From Vicugna vicugna (taxonomy: Eukaryota), in NCBI GenBank assembly GCA_013265495.1, contig MU061579.1, forward strand, positions 5,392,963-5,456,962: 64,000 bases of DNA, given 5' to 3'. The stretch's first letter is position 1. Each line of letters begins with the position of its first letter. The notes below the pieces were generated by a model. The model saw nothing but the letters and a program-made list of their open reading frames with translations. It did not search any database and was not told the DNA's origin. Position numbers and translations under genes: made by a program. Positions 1 through 14,149 of this stretch are shown here, piece by piece.

Positions 1-492
1 GTGGTATATTTATACAATGGAATACTACTCAGCCATAAAAACCGACAACATAATGCCATTTGCAGCAACATGGATGCTCCTAGAGAATGTCATTCTAAGT
101 GAAGTAAGCCAGAAAGAGAAAGAAAAATACCATATGAGATCGCTCATATGTGGAATCTAAAAAACAAAAACAAAAACAAACAAACAAACAAAAACAAAGC
201 ATAAATACAGGACAGAAATAGACTCATGGACAGAGAATACAGACTTGTGGTTACCAGGGGGGTAGAGGGTGGGAAGGGATAGACTGGGATTTCAAAATTG
301 TAGAATAGATAAACAAGATTACACTGTATAGCACAGGGAAATATACACAAAATGTTATGATAAATCACAGAGAAAAAAATGTGACAATGAGTGTGTATAT
401 ATCCATGAATGACTGAAAAATTGTGCTGAACACTGGAATTTGACACAACATTGTAAAATGATTATAAATTAATAAAAAATGTTAAAAAAAAA
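1..492 (+). mobile_element. Young LINE-1 3' end: ORF2 C-terminus, 3' UTR and poly(A); continues left of the window
   Basis: Frame from nt 2 reads WYIYTMEYYSAIKTDNIMPFAATWMLLENVILSEVSQKEKEKYHMRSLICGI* (stop 158-160), the typical L1 ORF2 end. G-rich 3' UTR tract, AATAAA at 471, A-tail 484-492. Confidence 0.95.
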
Positions 493-3479
493 GTTAATGG
501 ACTTTATATTTTTAACTTATTCTCTGAATCAGGCTGCATTCAAGTTGGAGAAATACTACTTGACAGCATGTGCATTCTGAATATTCTAGATATCTCAAGA
601 AGGGAAATTTAGAGAGAAGCTGGGAGAATTAAAGCGAAAAGGAGGACAAGAAAGAGAAGAAAGAAAATCAGGACAATTCCTTCCACATTCAGAAATAACA
701 GCAGTAACAATAAATAATTGTTTATCAGCTCTAAGGTGCTTAATTTGTGCCTGGCCCTTGTCCCAGAACTTCATATAGCATTTCACTATCTAAACTTTCT
801 TTGCTCTTCTGGTCCAAGTTATAGGACACTGGGCTGCTGGTGGCCGCCGAGCATTTTCTCTTCCAGTCCAGAAAACAAAAAGAGACTCTCCTGCCCAACT
901 TTAAAAATCCTAGGGAAGCTAGTCAGTGATATGACTATGTATGTCTTCCCCTGGACATGCCACCCAGTGATTAGGATTTGGGATATTATGCAAAGATGAT
1001 TTGCACCTGCAAATCTCACGCCCATTCTTAAATGAGCCTACTCTTAAAGAGTTGCTTTGTTACATAGTTGCTTCAGTTATAACCTTCAGTATAATAAAAA
1101 TAAAATTAAAAGCCATTTCCTTATAAATCCCAGTGGGATGTGTGGGAGAGAGAGAAAGAGAGAAAAGGAAGAAAAAAATAAATAACTGCACATGCAGTAC
1201 ATCTCTCTTACTAGCAGAATTATACTTTTCACTGGCACTCATTGTTTGCAGTATGATACATTAAATGTTTGTCCTTGTTAGAGTTTTTCTGTCTTTTGTT
1301 TCATTAAAAATTGATATTAAGATTGATATTGTTGATCACTTCCTCAGAAAAAGTGAATTATTGAAGGGTCGTTATTGAAAAAGTCATTATTGAAGCTCTT
1401 AACATGTTTAAACATACAATTTTAAATGGATTATCTCAACATATGTTCACAGTCCAAAGAAGCCTATTACATCCTATCACTGCAGGAAGTTATTATAGCC
1501 AAAGTTAACTCTTCTGAATCATTTTGGAAGATTTATTCTGAGAAGAACTGCTTTTCTTTCTCTTTCTTTTAAAAAAGTTCAAATCACAATTTTAACTGTG
1601 AATTTCAAGTTCCAAATTTGATATAAAACAGTATCTAATGAGCACCTGAAATAATGTCTTAGCCATTCAGAACTCGAAAACAAATTGTTATTTGAATATA
1701 ATACCATTTGATAATTCTAAGATTGGAAAGGAAACAGGTATAGTACAATTTGAAATTAAAAGACAACTTAAGGTAACATATTTTATCATTTAATTGAAAA
1801 AGAAACATTGTGAAATTTTATAATTATCCATGTATCCATGGTTCTACCATTTTTTTACAGCCTATTTTTTTTCTCATTCCTACTCCAGTACTCTTGCCAA
1901 CACACATTCTATTCCTTGTGTAAAATTAAACTCTCAAGTAACCTCCAACATAAAAATGCCAAAGGTCAGTAGATGATAACTATCAAATCATTACATAGCA
2001 TTCTTCAGAATGAAATAAATTCTTATTGTTTCTTGCCCTTCAAAACAAAAGTAACTAACTCTGAAAAGTGTCTAGAGAAATAAAGAATCAAGGAGGAAAA
2101 ATGAAAAAGTATAAATAGGAAATAGGTCACTCTTTATTTTCCATTTGGATATTAGGTTTAGGTCCAAGTATTGGGACATATACTATAAATAAATATTATA
2201 ATAGCTACAGAAAAAATAAAGCAAATAACTTTGGCAATTCAATTGTTGCAATGATGGAGAATCTAAAACAACATAAATGAATTTCCTAAAATGTATTGCT
2301 ACACAGACTACCTTAACTTAATCTTAAAAAGAATCTTGATTTTTAAATTTTTTTTATTTCTTTGCAAAGGATTGGTCAAATGATAATGCATGATAAATGG
2401 GATAAATGTTTTTATCCCAACAGAAGCAAATGATAAGTGTTGAGGGAGAAGATATTGGGTGGAATGGTTGAGGGCAAGTGCAGAGGCTGTGTGAGGAAAT
2501 CGAGAAACCTTGTACCACAAATTGGAGGACTAAGAACAGATAAACTTGAATGAGTAGACTGGCTGGATTCATTCCTTATATATTTCTTACCTTCTGTTTT
2601 TGACTTTCTAGAAGTCATTTAATAAACCCTTCCCCTCAATATTACAACTCTATTTGCTAAAAGTACATTCTTAAGTTTTATCATTAATCCACATCCAAAC
2701 TCAACAAAGTGTGGAAAAACTTATCTGAAGAGAAAAATGATAATATATAGGTATTCAGTTTGTTATTTACAATTTTTTTTAAAATTTATGTCAACTGTCA
2801 TTTACAATAATAAGTTAGGATCGCACACAAAGTTCTGAAACTTAGATGGCTAATAAAATTAGTAATAAGCAATTTGCATTAGCTTTCTCACTTAAATTTC
2901 ATCATAGTTTTATTTAACAAATGAAGGAAACAGGATTTCAGGGAGCTCATATAACCAATCAAAATAACATAGGAAAAAGAAAGCTTAGAATTTAAATCAA
3001 GAATGGTCTGACCATAAAAGTTAGGCTCTTATCTGTGAAACTTAGATGCTGTGTCCATCATCACTAACCGGTTTTTCACTATCCCAGGAGATCAACAGAA
3101 AAAGACTATGGATAACAAAATTCTATCAAAATTCTATCACAGCAGTTATTAATTTGTCCTTATAGCCACCAAAGTATTACCTTCCCATTGTATAGGTAAA
3201 AAAAAAAAGATTAAATAAGCATAAGTGCTTACTCAACAACATATAAAATAGTAAATAACTGATTCTAGACAGGGACCTCATCTTCTAACATGTAAGTTAA
3301 TGTATTACCACAGCACTAATCTAAAGTTATACTTGCCTTAGGCATGGCTTATCTGAATTTTTTTGAAAGATTGTTTTTCAAAAATATTTCTTCTGTACAT
3401 TATTTCCTGCTTCTTCAGAAAGCTTTCAGTAGATGGAAACACTGTCCACAATTCATTAACTTAACAGAAAATAACCAAT

Positions 3480-3690
3480 TACTTATTAAGTGCAACATAC
3501 TTGATATAACTTTTACCATGTAATCACAAGTGTAAACCCATGATGCAGGTAATATGTTATCCAATTGTATTGCTCAGAACACTGAGGCTCAGAAGGTTTG
3601 TGCAAAATATTTATTACCCACAGTTAAAAGTAATCAATTAGATATTTAAACTATTTCTTTTGAACGTTAAAGCAGAAACACTTACACTAT
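3480..3690 (-). mobile_element. MIR SINE fragment (weaker MIR pieces at about 2880-3050, 3180-3320 and 9360-9500)
   Basis: MIR core-like motif gaacactgaggctcagaagg; heavily decayed. Confidence 0.6.
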
Positions 3691-3699
3691 GTTCCAGGG

Positions 3700-6650
3700 A
3701 AGACTGCAGGTAGGAAGACTAATCAGGAGATTGTTGATGCAGTTCAGGTGACAGGAGAGAGTCTTCTGAACAAGGACATTTGTCATAAGTAACCAAGAGC
3801 CCAAATAATGTTCAGGACATAAAGGCACAAAAATTTGCAAAATGGATGTGAGGATTTAGGGACAGACAACAGTAAGAGTTTTGTTAGATGTGAAACTGAC
3901 TGGATGGTAGTGTTGACAGTATATAGAGTATGAATCAAGAATAAAAATCTATAAAGGAAATTTCATATTTTCATAGTTTAAGTTGGGGATTCCAGAGTGA
4001 GAGTGTTTCCATAATCATGGAGGTGATCTAGGATGAAAATAGAAATGTGCGAATTATTAGCACATAGTCATTAGATTATAGCATGTGTTTAGTTGAGATC
4101 ACCTAGGGAGATGATAAAATGAAAAATCATTTGACTTTGGATGGCATTCTATAAAAAAAAAAATGTAGTAAGCCAAGATGTAGTACATGTAGCAGACAAA
4201 GAAGGGTCAGTTAGAGAAAATTTTACAGTATGTTACAAGCAAGGGAAGTAGAGGTTCTCAATAAGAAGGATTGAGCACAGGTGTCAAATGAAGCAGAAAA
4301 TTAAGACCTAAAAATATCCTTGGTATTTGACATGCACTTCTTCAGTAAATATGTACTGAAGATCTATGTACTATGTACTACTAACACAGAGGTGGGGAGA
4401 AAAACAGATATGTTCTTTTTCACCATGGTAATTACAGTCTAGTGGGGAAGAAAATTATAAAATAAAAATTATTACTCTAAATCATGATGAGTGCTTATTA
4501 GAAAAAGAAGAGTCAGGGCAGAGAGTAAGAGGATTTCCTTAATTATATTGAAAGTTAAGACAGGCTTCTCTGAGACAGTGACATTTAAATTGAGATCTAT
4601 AAAATGGCAGCTTAAAAGTGACCTTAGAGATTATATGTTCAAGGAGACCTTAGGATACATTTCAGATTGCAGTGGGTTGAAAAATTAACGTTACATGAAG
4701 AATTCAATTCAATTCAAAGAACAGTGAAAACAGAAGAAAAGTTAAACTTAGTAAAGGTGATCTGGAATGTCAGGAATATTTGGAGGAAGAAACTTCTAAA
4801 AGAGGGACTGTTTTCAGCTTAAGCCCTTAGTTAAAGTATGTGTTGGACGAACACCATAGAGGTTGAGTGCAGCTAGAGTATAAGGCACTGAGAAGGGATG
4901 GAGAGAGAGGAACAGTCAAGGAGGCAGTGATTCGAGGAGGAGGAGGAAATAAGGCAGGGCTTTATAAACCATTGTAAGGACCTCAGGTTATGCTCTGGGA
5001 AAATGAGGAGTCTAAAGATTTTGAGCAAAGTGGCGTAATCTTACTGAAATTTAAAGACTATGTTGCATGTTATTTTGGGGATAGGCTGTAGAGGGCAAGG
5101 GTAGAGGGAGAAGACCTATTTTTCATATATATATATATATATATATATATTTTATTGAAGTATAGTCAATTTACAATGTTGTGTCAATTTCTGGTGTACA
5201 GCATAACGCTTCAGTCATACATGAACATACATGTGTTTGTTTCATATTCTTTTTCACCAGAAGTTACTATAAGATACTGAATATAGTTCCCTGTGCTATA
5301 CAGCATAAACTTGTTTATATATTTTATGTATATATATTAGTATCTGCAAATCTTGAACTCCCAGTTTATCTCTTCCCACTCTCTTCCCCTCTGGTAATCC
5401 TAAATCTGTTTTCTATGTCTGTGAGTCTGTTGCTGTTTTGTAAATAAGTTAGTCTTTTTTTTTTTAGATTCCACATATAAGTGACATCATATGGTATTTT
5501 TCTTTCTCTTTCTGGCTTGCTTCACCTAGAATGACAATCTGAGAAGACTTTTTAGGAAGCTAAGTACAAGACAGCTAATAGCTTGTACTGGAACAATAAT
5601 AGTGGAGGTGATGAGAAGTGACCGTATTGTCCTTACATTTTGAAGACAGATTCAACAAAATGTTCTAATGTAGAGGATTTGAGAAACAGAAGAATTAAAT
5701 ATAATTCCAAGATTTTAGACCTGAGCCATTAGGAAGATGTAGTCTCCATTAAATGAAACTTGGATTGAAGGATTAGAGTTCAGATTTAAACATATTAGGA
5801 TTAAGATATCTTATTAAACAAGACCTTTTATATACGAAACTGGAGCTTGAGAAAGAGATTTAGGCTAGAGATATAAATTTGGATGTGGTAAGCAAACAGA
5901 TGTCACTTAAATGGATGAAACACGATGAAAACATTTAGGGAGAATGCTTGTCCAGAAAAGAAAACCCAGGGTGGAACCTGTGGTATCTCCCATGCCCAAG
6001 AGACCAATCAGAATTGACTGAGATCAAGCAACTATTGAGGTAAGGGGAGAAACAGCAATGAGAACAGAAAGCCAAAAGAAAGCACATCTAGGTGGAGGAG
6101 GAGATACCTCTTTGTCAGATGCTGCTTGTTAAGTCTAGTAAGATGAGGACCAAAAATAAAGCTTTAGATTCTGCCACACATAAGTCACTGATGATCTTGA
6201 TGGGAGAATTTTCAATGAGGTGATGGGGGCAAAAACCTTTCCTGGAGTGATTTTAAGAGAATATTGGAGACAGGAAATTTAGGGGAAATAAAGTCTCAAG
6301 ATGCTCAGAGTAATAGGACAAAAATCATCGAGCGAGGTGGAGTCAATAATATTTGTATGTGTTTTTAAAGATGAGAGAAATAATGTGTTAATAAAGATGA
6401 GAGAAATTGCTAACATCAATGACTGGAAAGGAATAGTAACAAAAAAAAATGTTGCGTGTCAGAGAATTATTAGATGAATGTCTTTGAGAAAGTCAGAGGA
6501 AGGAATCCAGTGATCAAGTGGAGGATCTGGTTTTAAAAGGACCATATATAATTTCATTTAATTTTTATAGTGGACACAGTTTACATGGTGGAAAAGTGGA
6601 GTAGAGTATGTGGAACCAAATGCTGAGAGAAAAAAGTGAATTCAGTGAGT
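3700..6650 (-). mobile_element. Decayed LINE-2 fragments, interrupted by a younger L1
   Basis: Purine-rich L2-like motifs (ggcttctctgagacagtgacatttaaattgaga, gatgaggaccaaaaat, gctagagatataaatttgga). Boundaries approximate. Confidence 0.7.
5125..5540 (-). mobile_element. 5'-truncated L1 3' end with a (TA)n tail
   Basis: Reverse complement of the same family as 1-492 (tttattgaagtatagtc...ttagattccacatataagtga...cttcacctagaatgaca). Flanked by imperfect TSD gagaagacctatttt / gagaagactttt. Confidence 0.9.
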
Positions 6651-6658
6651 ATAGAGAC

Positions 6659-6873
6659 CAGGCTTTGCTAAACTACAGACTATGTGTCACACCAGCTCAC
6701 CATCTGGTTTTGTAAATAAAGTATTATTGGAACAAAGCTGTTCCTTTACGTATTGCCTATTGTTGCTCTCACATAATAACAGAAGACTTGAGTAGTTGTA
6801 GTAAAGACGACGTGGACTAACGCCTAAATACTTATTGTCTAGCCCTTTCCTAAAAAAAGTGTGCTAACTCCTG
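6659..6873 (+). mobile_element. MER58A-like hAT-Charlie non-autonomous DNA transposon
   Basis: CAGG...CCTG termini, internal ttttgtaaataaagtattattggaaca, 8-bp TSD atagagac (6651-6658) / atatagac (6874-6881) with one mismatch. Confidence 0.85.
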
Positions 6874-9534
6874 ATATAGACTATTCTTTCTAGAAGCTGT
6901 ACTTTGCTGTGGGAAAATAAATTTTATACTAAGTGGGGATGATATGAGGTCCAGGGTTTTTTTTTCCTTTTGTTTGTTTTAAAGGACAAGGTATCAAGTT
7001 TATAGGGTGAAAAAAGGAAGAAGCGAGAGGAAGAAATTGAAATGATATAGAGAGAATTAATAAAAAGGAGAAAAGATAAAACTCTGGAGGAGCCCACATA
7101 AACCAGATTTTTAAAGGAAAAACATATTTTTAAAGGACAAATGTCAGTAGCAGACAGACTTTGTTAAAACAATGAAGGAGAGGAAACCCATGCATGCCTC
7201 AGTGAGGGAACAGATTTTTCCCTCATGTCATGTGAGGCCATTTCCATTATAAATATCCAGCTGATTTTTTCCATTGATTTATGTATTGTTTCAAAGATGA
7301 GTATTTGTTAGTGTGCTTTTTAAGGTAAAATTATATTTATGTTACCTGTTTGTGTGCATATTTGGAACAATCCTCATCTTCCAGCCTCATTTTTTGAGGA
7401 AACTAGTTCAATACATAATACCCATCAGCTTCAGATAACTTCTTTATAGGCTCAGAATAGAATTGATTAGAAATTTGAAAAGAATAATTGCTCCTTTGTT
7501 AAAAGGAAGTATCCAGAGAACAGGAAAAATGAACAAATCCCCCCCAAAGCATATTTATTCCCAAATAGGAGAATACAGAATGTCTTTGAACCAGCCAGAC
7601 TGAATGGCGCTGCTTCCCTCCTGAGAAGCCATGCCTGTCCTTTCATCTCCAGTGGATACCTGTAACACTGGGTTACCCCTCTTGGACCTCTGTCAACCTG
7701 CTGATAGACTTTTGACCCTTGGTTCACTCTGAACATCTCCAACTCTGATGTTCATCGAGAACAGGTATCTGGCTTCCCATCATCTTTGTGGACTCTCCTC
7801 TGACCTGCTTTCCATGTATGTCAGTGCTCTGACATTACTTATCACACTGAAGAGTGTGTCGCTTCCTTTATCTTAGACCCTGGCTGGCATGACCTTTGTA
7901 CTTGTACTGACAGATCACAAAGGTCAGAGTGTATCATCTATCAACTCAACACCTGATTTTAAAAGAATAATATCCATATCTTTGCAGTAATGTAAGCAGT
8001 GGAAAAATGCTGAACTGAGCTTGTGATACTGTTACAGTAAGAAGGTCTAGGAATATTTAATAACATTAGAATAACAAGTAATGAGGGAGAAAGGAAGACA
8101 GTGATTTTGTGCACACAGGAGAAACTGTAGAATTGATCACCTTTTTCTTCCTGCTAATTATTTTCTTACGTTAGCAAGTCTCCTTTTGGGCCATCCTATT
8201 CTGATCCGTGTTCCTGTACTCTCCATCTGCATCATGTGATGGTACTTCCAAATAGAAAATGCTTAGTTTAATTCACTCTCTTTCATTAAAGCACTGTACT
8301 GACCACCAGCTAAGGCCCCCAATTGGGCTTTTTTTTTTTCCAACTTAAAGCTGAAAAATGTCCGCAGTTCCTATAAACATAATCTGGAAATTCTACTTTT
8401 ATCTAAGTTGTAGATTTTATATTCAGGTTTGAACTCTTGTTACCAACCATCTTAGAAAAGGTTCACTACCTAAATATTTCATTATCTTGATTAAGATTTT
8501 TAAAGAAATATATAGTTTCACAGATGCATTTTGTTTGACTCATCATGGGTTTGGATTTGTGGTTCTTATTATGACTGCTTTGAATTGTTACCCTACTTTT
8601 TTATCAGAATACTGCATGCGAAATACTGTTTTGTCTTGAAAATAGGTCCAAACGTCATCTATCGTAGAACTCGCATTCCTTCTCAGAAACATAAGGTAAA
8701 GCAAGAATGACCGTCCACTTTGGATTCTTGTGTTCTGTAGAGTGCCCAGCAAAGTGTATTTTTCATCCACTCATCAGAAATCTCATTTACATTAGCTCCT
8801 TGGTTCCTACGTTTCTTGACAAGCAAAACATGTTAAATGAAGAGCTCCCGGGGTAAAGATGGTCTTCTGACATATGTTTAACAAAATGACAAAATATACA
8901 CTGGCATTTGGAATACTTGACAATATTTAATCTGTGTTTTACATGGTCTTCTGTAAATGGGTTGTTAATCAAATTTATCTCAAAATGTCAGCATTTTTTC
9001 GTATTCAATGTTCTGTTAACTGTACTCTCAATAATTTAATAAGTTTATTTTATATAAAAGAAACCTCACAAAAGTCATGCAGTTATCACTCTCAAAATTT
9101 TATTGTTTTACTGACATCTTATGTGCATTTTTTAATAAAATATAAATGCTTTGATATTGCTGATATTTGAGGGTAAAATTAAGAATGATAGTAAGCTATA
9201 TTGATTTTGATTTTTTTAAAGTTTTTAAGAGCAAATAAAAATAAGTCATATATAATCTCATGAAACAAAATTGGTGGAATACATAAATTGACTCATTACT
9301 TTCCTTTAGTCCTTAGAATCTGAACTCACAAATATTTCATGAACTGATTCATAAAAATTTAGTCTTGGAATGTACTTTACAGCTCCTCCCATCTAATACT
9401 TCCTCTTTCAGATGAAGACAAATTCAGAAAAATTAACTTGTCTAAGGTCACAGAGTTGAATCAGTCAGATTTCCTGATTCCAGTTCATAAAGAAACACTA
9501 CTGTTTGTCTTTAGAGGTAAATGGATTAATATTT

Positions 9535-10830
9535 CTTTTTTATTTTTTAATTGACATATAGTTGATGTACAATATTATATGTTTGAGGTACACATAGTGA
9601 TTCACAATTTTAAAAGTTATATTTCATTTATAATGATTATAAAAATTGGCTACATTATTTATGTTGTACACTACATCCTCATAGCTTATTTATTTTACAT
9701 ATAGTAGTTTGTATCCCTTAATCCCCTACCCCTATCTTGCCACTCTCCTCTTCCCTCTTCCCACTGGTAACCACTAGTTTTGTTCTGTGTATTTGTGAGT
9801 TTGTTTCTTTTTTGTTATATTCACTTGTTTTTTGTATTTTTTAGATTATACATATAAGTGATATTGTACAGTATTTGTCTTTTCTGTCTGACTTATTTCA
9901 CTTAGCATAATGCCATCCAAGTCCCCATGTTGTTGCAAAGGGCAAAAGTTCATTCCTTTTATGGCTAAGTAGTATTTCATTTTATATATATATATATATC
10001 ACATATTCTTTATCCATTCATCTGTTGATGGACACTTGGGTTGCTTCCATATCTTGGCAGTTATAAAAATGCTGTTGTGAACATTGGGGTGCATGTATCT
10101 TTTCAAATAAGTGTTTTGGGGTTTTTTTGGATATATACTCAGGAGTGGAACTGCTGGGTCATAATGGTAGTTCTAGTTTTAGTCCTTTTGAGAGACCCCC
10201 ATACTATTTTCCACAATGGCTGTACCAATTTACATTCCCACCAACAGTGTAGGAAGGTTTCCTTTTCTCTACATCCTCATCAACATTTATTATTTGTGTT
10301 CTTTTTGATGATAGCCATTCTGACGGATGCGTGGTAATATCTCATTGTGGTTTTAAGTCGCATTTCTCTGATGATTAATGTTGTTCAGCATATGCCTGTT
10401 GGCCTTCTGAATGTTTTCTTTGGAAGAAATATCTATTCAGGTCTTTTGCCCCTTTTTAATTGGGTTGTTTGTTATTTTGCTGTTGAGTTTTATGAGCTGT
10501 TTATGTATTTTGAGTATTAACCCATTATCAGTCATATCATTTGCAAATTATTTTCTTCCATTCAATAGGCTGCCTTTCGTTTTGCTGTGCAAAGCTTTTA
10601 ACTTTAATCAGGTCCCATTTGTCTAATTTTGTTTTTATTTTCTTTGTTTAGGAGACAGATCCCAGAAAAATACTGCTACAATTTATGTCAAAAGTGTTCC
10701 GCCAGTGTTTTCTTTTAGGAGTTTAATGATTTCTCGTCTTACATTTAGATCTTTAATCCAGTTTGAATTTATTTTTGAATATGGTGTTAGAGAATGTTCT
10801 AATTTCATTATTTTACATGTAGCTGTCCAG
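9535..10830 (-). mobile_element. L1 (3' UTR plus ORF2 3' part), 5'-truncated, decayed
   Basis: T-rich tail followed by canonical antisense L1 motifs (ccattcatctgttgatggacact, accaatttacattcccaccaacagtgt). Confidence 0.92.
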
Positions 10831-11989
10831 TAAGTAAATTAGTATTTTTTAATTGATTTTAAATAAAGCAATTCATGTGTAAATAGACTAAAAGCCGTAA
10901 AACTTTTATTTATTTACAGCTTTTGATCAGATTTTATACTTCCAAAAATTTTAATAAATAAATTTGGAGAAGCAATCAAAATATCTTGATATTGAAGATA
11001 ACTTCACTTCTTATTAAATTGTCTATAAGTGATGCAATATTAACTATGAATCAACAGAGATCTTTATAATAGATTATTGGCTAGTAAGAGCCAAATAATA
11101 TTATTTGTTGAGTTGATTTTTAGTTTTAAGTTTCTAATGTTTCTATTAAAAAAGAGTTTTAAGTAAGCACATGTTCCTCAGAGGCTTTGCTGTGTATAAA
11201 TAACAGTGTTTTTACTCGCAGATGGAGTGTGTAGAACACACCCATGTGGGTGTATATGTACTGTGAGTAGTCAAAGACATGGAATTATTTATTTTACAGG
11301 TCTCATAATTCCAATTATTTATCATGATTGGAACTTGTTAAATAAATGTAGGTCATCATAATTTTAATGTGTATCTTGATTGTTTTGTCTTTGTTTTATT
11401 TTTGCTAGGTAAGTGTACCCTCCCTGTCACTAGCATTACAGATTTGCTTAAAACTGAAAAGGAAATTATTTACAAACAACACATATGAAATAATAGTATT
11501 ATTTTGCCTCTAGTTTTCTGTACACTACTTAAGAGTCACTACGCCTTAGTCAGTGGATTTCCTGTGAAGTGAGCAGAGTGACTTGGATACGGTACATACA
11601 TAATAAATATCCACTGAATTGCTTGGAGAGCCACAGGGACATTGGGTACACTTCAGAAATAATGAATTAGCCATCCTACTTGATAGTCTGAGGTATAAAA
11701 AAGAAGTTGTACTCCTTCATCAAGGCTATAAATTTAATTGTGTAATTCAGAAGTTTATTTCTACAACCTCTTTATTGTTCTAAATTATGCTGAAGTAAAT
11801 AGCCCAACTTCTTTGGTTTAACAAACATAACAGTATTACAAGTATTAAAACTTATGGAGGAAATATTTCTGGAATACACTCATGCCTTATTCATTGATTA
11901 ATGATCATTATATCTGATGATTTGTGGTGAAGATTTTATACATTAAAACATGTGTAAATAAGAGTAAATCATTCAACACTGGTTTAATT

Positions 11990-12580
11990 TTTCTTTCATA
12001 AACTTTTTGGAAGTAAAAGTATAATACAGAAAAATTCATAATCGTAAGTATGCATACTCATTACACACACATACACACACACACACCCTTTTGCCTTTTC
12101 CCAGCCACTAACTTCTCCTCATTTGCCTCTTTCTGAACTTTATATAAATTCGATATTTTGTATCTGGCTTCTTTCTTTCAATGTGATGCTTGTAAGATTC
12201 TTTATACAACTTAGTTTAGCTGTATTTCATTCATTTTTGTGTTGTATACTTTCCCATTGTATAAAATATACCAGAAGTTATTTTACTTATGCTGTTGTTG
12301 GATATTTGGTTATTTCTTATTTTTTGGACATTACTAATATCTCTGCTATGAACATATCTGCACATAGTTATTGGGTATGTACCAGGAGTGGATTTTCTGG
12401 TACATATGCTATGCATAGGGCCAACGTTAGTATCCATTACCTCCAAATTCTCCAAAGCAGTGGTGTCATCTGACACTCCTAAAAAAACTGCATGAAAGTT
12501 ATAATCATTCCGCATCCCTAATTAAATGCAGTATGATCAGTCTTTTAAATGTTCAACTATTTTGTTGTTTGTTAAGTGTT
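11990..12580 (-). mobile_element. Old L1M (MC/ME-like) 3' fragment
   Basis: tatctggcttctttctttcaatgtgatg and ctgctatgaacatatctgcacat motifs. Confidence 0.7.
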
Positions 12581-14149
12581 ATGTAAGTCCTAATCCTTTT
12601 ACCAGATTTATCTACATATTTTTGCCTTTCCTTGGGTTTAAAGGAAGCTCTGCTCATATAGATTAATTCATCCTTGTAGTTTGGAGATCATCTTTTAGTT
12701 ATTTTTAAGAATATTCTAACCATTTCCAAGAAAATGTGGAGGCTGATAGAACTAGGAGTCATATTTGCTATTTCTAAAATATTCCCCACTTAAAAAGAAA
12801 AAATAAGAATAGAGTATTCCTGTGTCCATTCTCAAAACCTAAGCACTAATTGCTCAGTAAGGGAAAAAAAAAAATACTAGGGAATGGCTGTCGAAGAACT
12901 GCAGGTCACAGTAATACAGGCAAGATCAGAGAATCCAGCTAAGGAAAGAAGAGATTGTCAGGAAAAAACATATGCAAGTAAGCAAGGATTTATTTGAGGA
13001 AAATAAGCAAAGATAGAAAGGACTAAGAAGAGAATGCTAAGAAACCAAACGCCTGGAACCTAAGACAGAATTTTGGTATCCAAGAGTCAGAGTAATAATG
13101 AAAACGCCATTTAAAAATTTGACCCTGAGCTAACTAGCCATGAACCTGGTTAATCTCTAAGCGTGAAGGTGCAAAGTTTGACAAGTACATTCATCTTATT
13201 CGAGGTGAGGGTGCTAGGGAAGGAGCCTGACAACAGGCGTTCTTAGCCGCTAATCAAAACACAGGAAGGAAGAGCCATGTGGATACACACTACTATAGAA
13301 ATAAGGCATGACTTAGTCATCAAAGGTAGAACTCCATTTCTTCTGCAAGTTTATAGAATCCTAATTTCCAGCCAGACTTATTATGGTTCTCCCTCAACTT
13401 GATGAGTCAATTAGAAGGTTTAACTTTGCAGAAAGCCAAAAGCTCAGCAAAGTTCGATTTTAACTACACTGAGTTGCCCTTGAAAGTTTTCTAATAACAG
13501 AAATGGTGTCTCATTCATGGGAATTAAAGCAGCAAATGATTTTTAACACGCAATAAGAAAGTAAACAGTGGCAGGTAAGAAAAGGCTTTATTCTTCTTTC
13601 ACTAACATGTCCACTGGGGTAAATTTGAAATTCTTTTATAGCAAGATCCCCGCTTCAGAAAATAGAACAAAACTGAATGTTTATGTTTTAGAAGATTTCA
13701 GCAGCATCTCCCAAGTTAGTTCTTTAAAGCCCAGTTTGGAAACTGAAGGAGAATTTTAAAGTTTCGAAGGTTTAAGTCTATATATATTTTTAAAATTCTT
13801 TGAATATTACCTCTGTGTAAGGAATATGATGGCACCTGAGTATTTTCATTATCTAAAAATTACAAAAAAACCCCTAATTTCTAAGAAAATCATGCCATTC
13901 ATGGCATATAGTCACATTTATAAACCAGTTTACAAAATTAAATGACAATTATATAGATTAAAAATAAAAATTTTTTAAATTATCTGGAAATTTTGCAGTT
14001 TTTTATTTCAGGTATTAAAAACATATATGCATTTATTTACACTCATACACATGCACACATGGTATGTAAATACATATATATATATTTCACACATATATTT
14101 TCAAAAATGATAAAATCCTCAATTAACTTAGATATTAAAAAGTAATGTT

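Noticed and set aside
11222..11268. Micro-exon between ctcgcag and gtgagt (MECVEHTHVGVYV)
   Set aside because: Weak exonic donor context and no recognisable peptide; cannot be supported from sequence alone.
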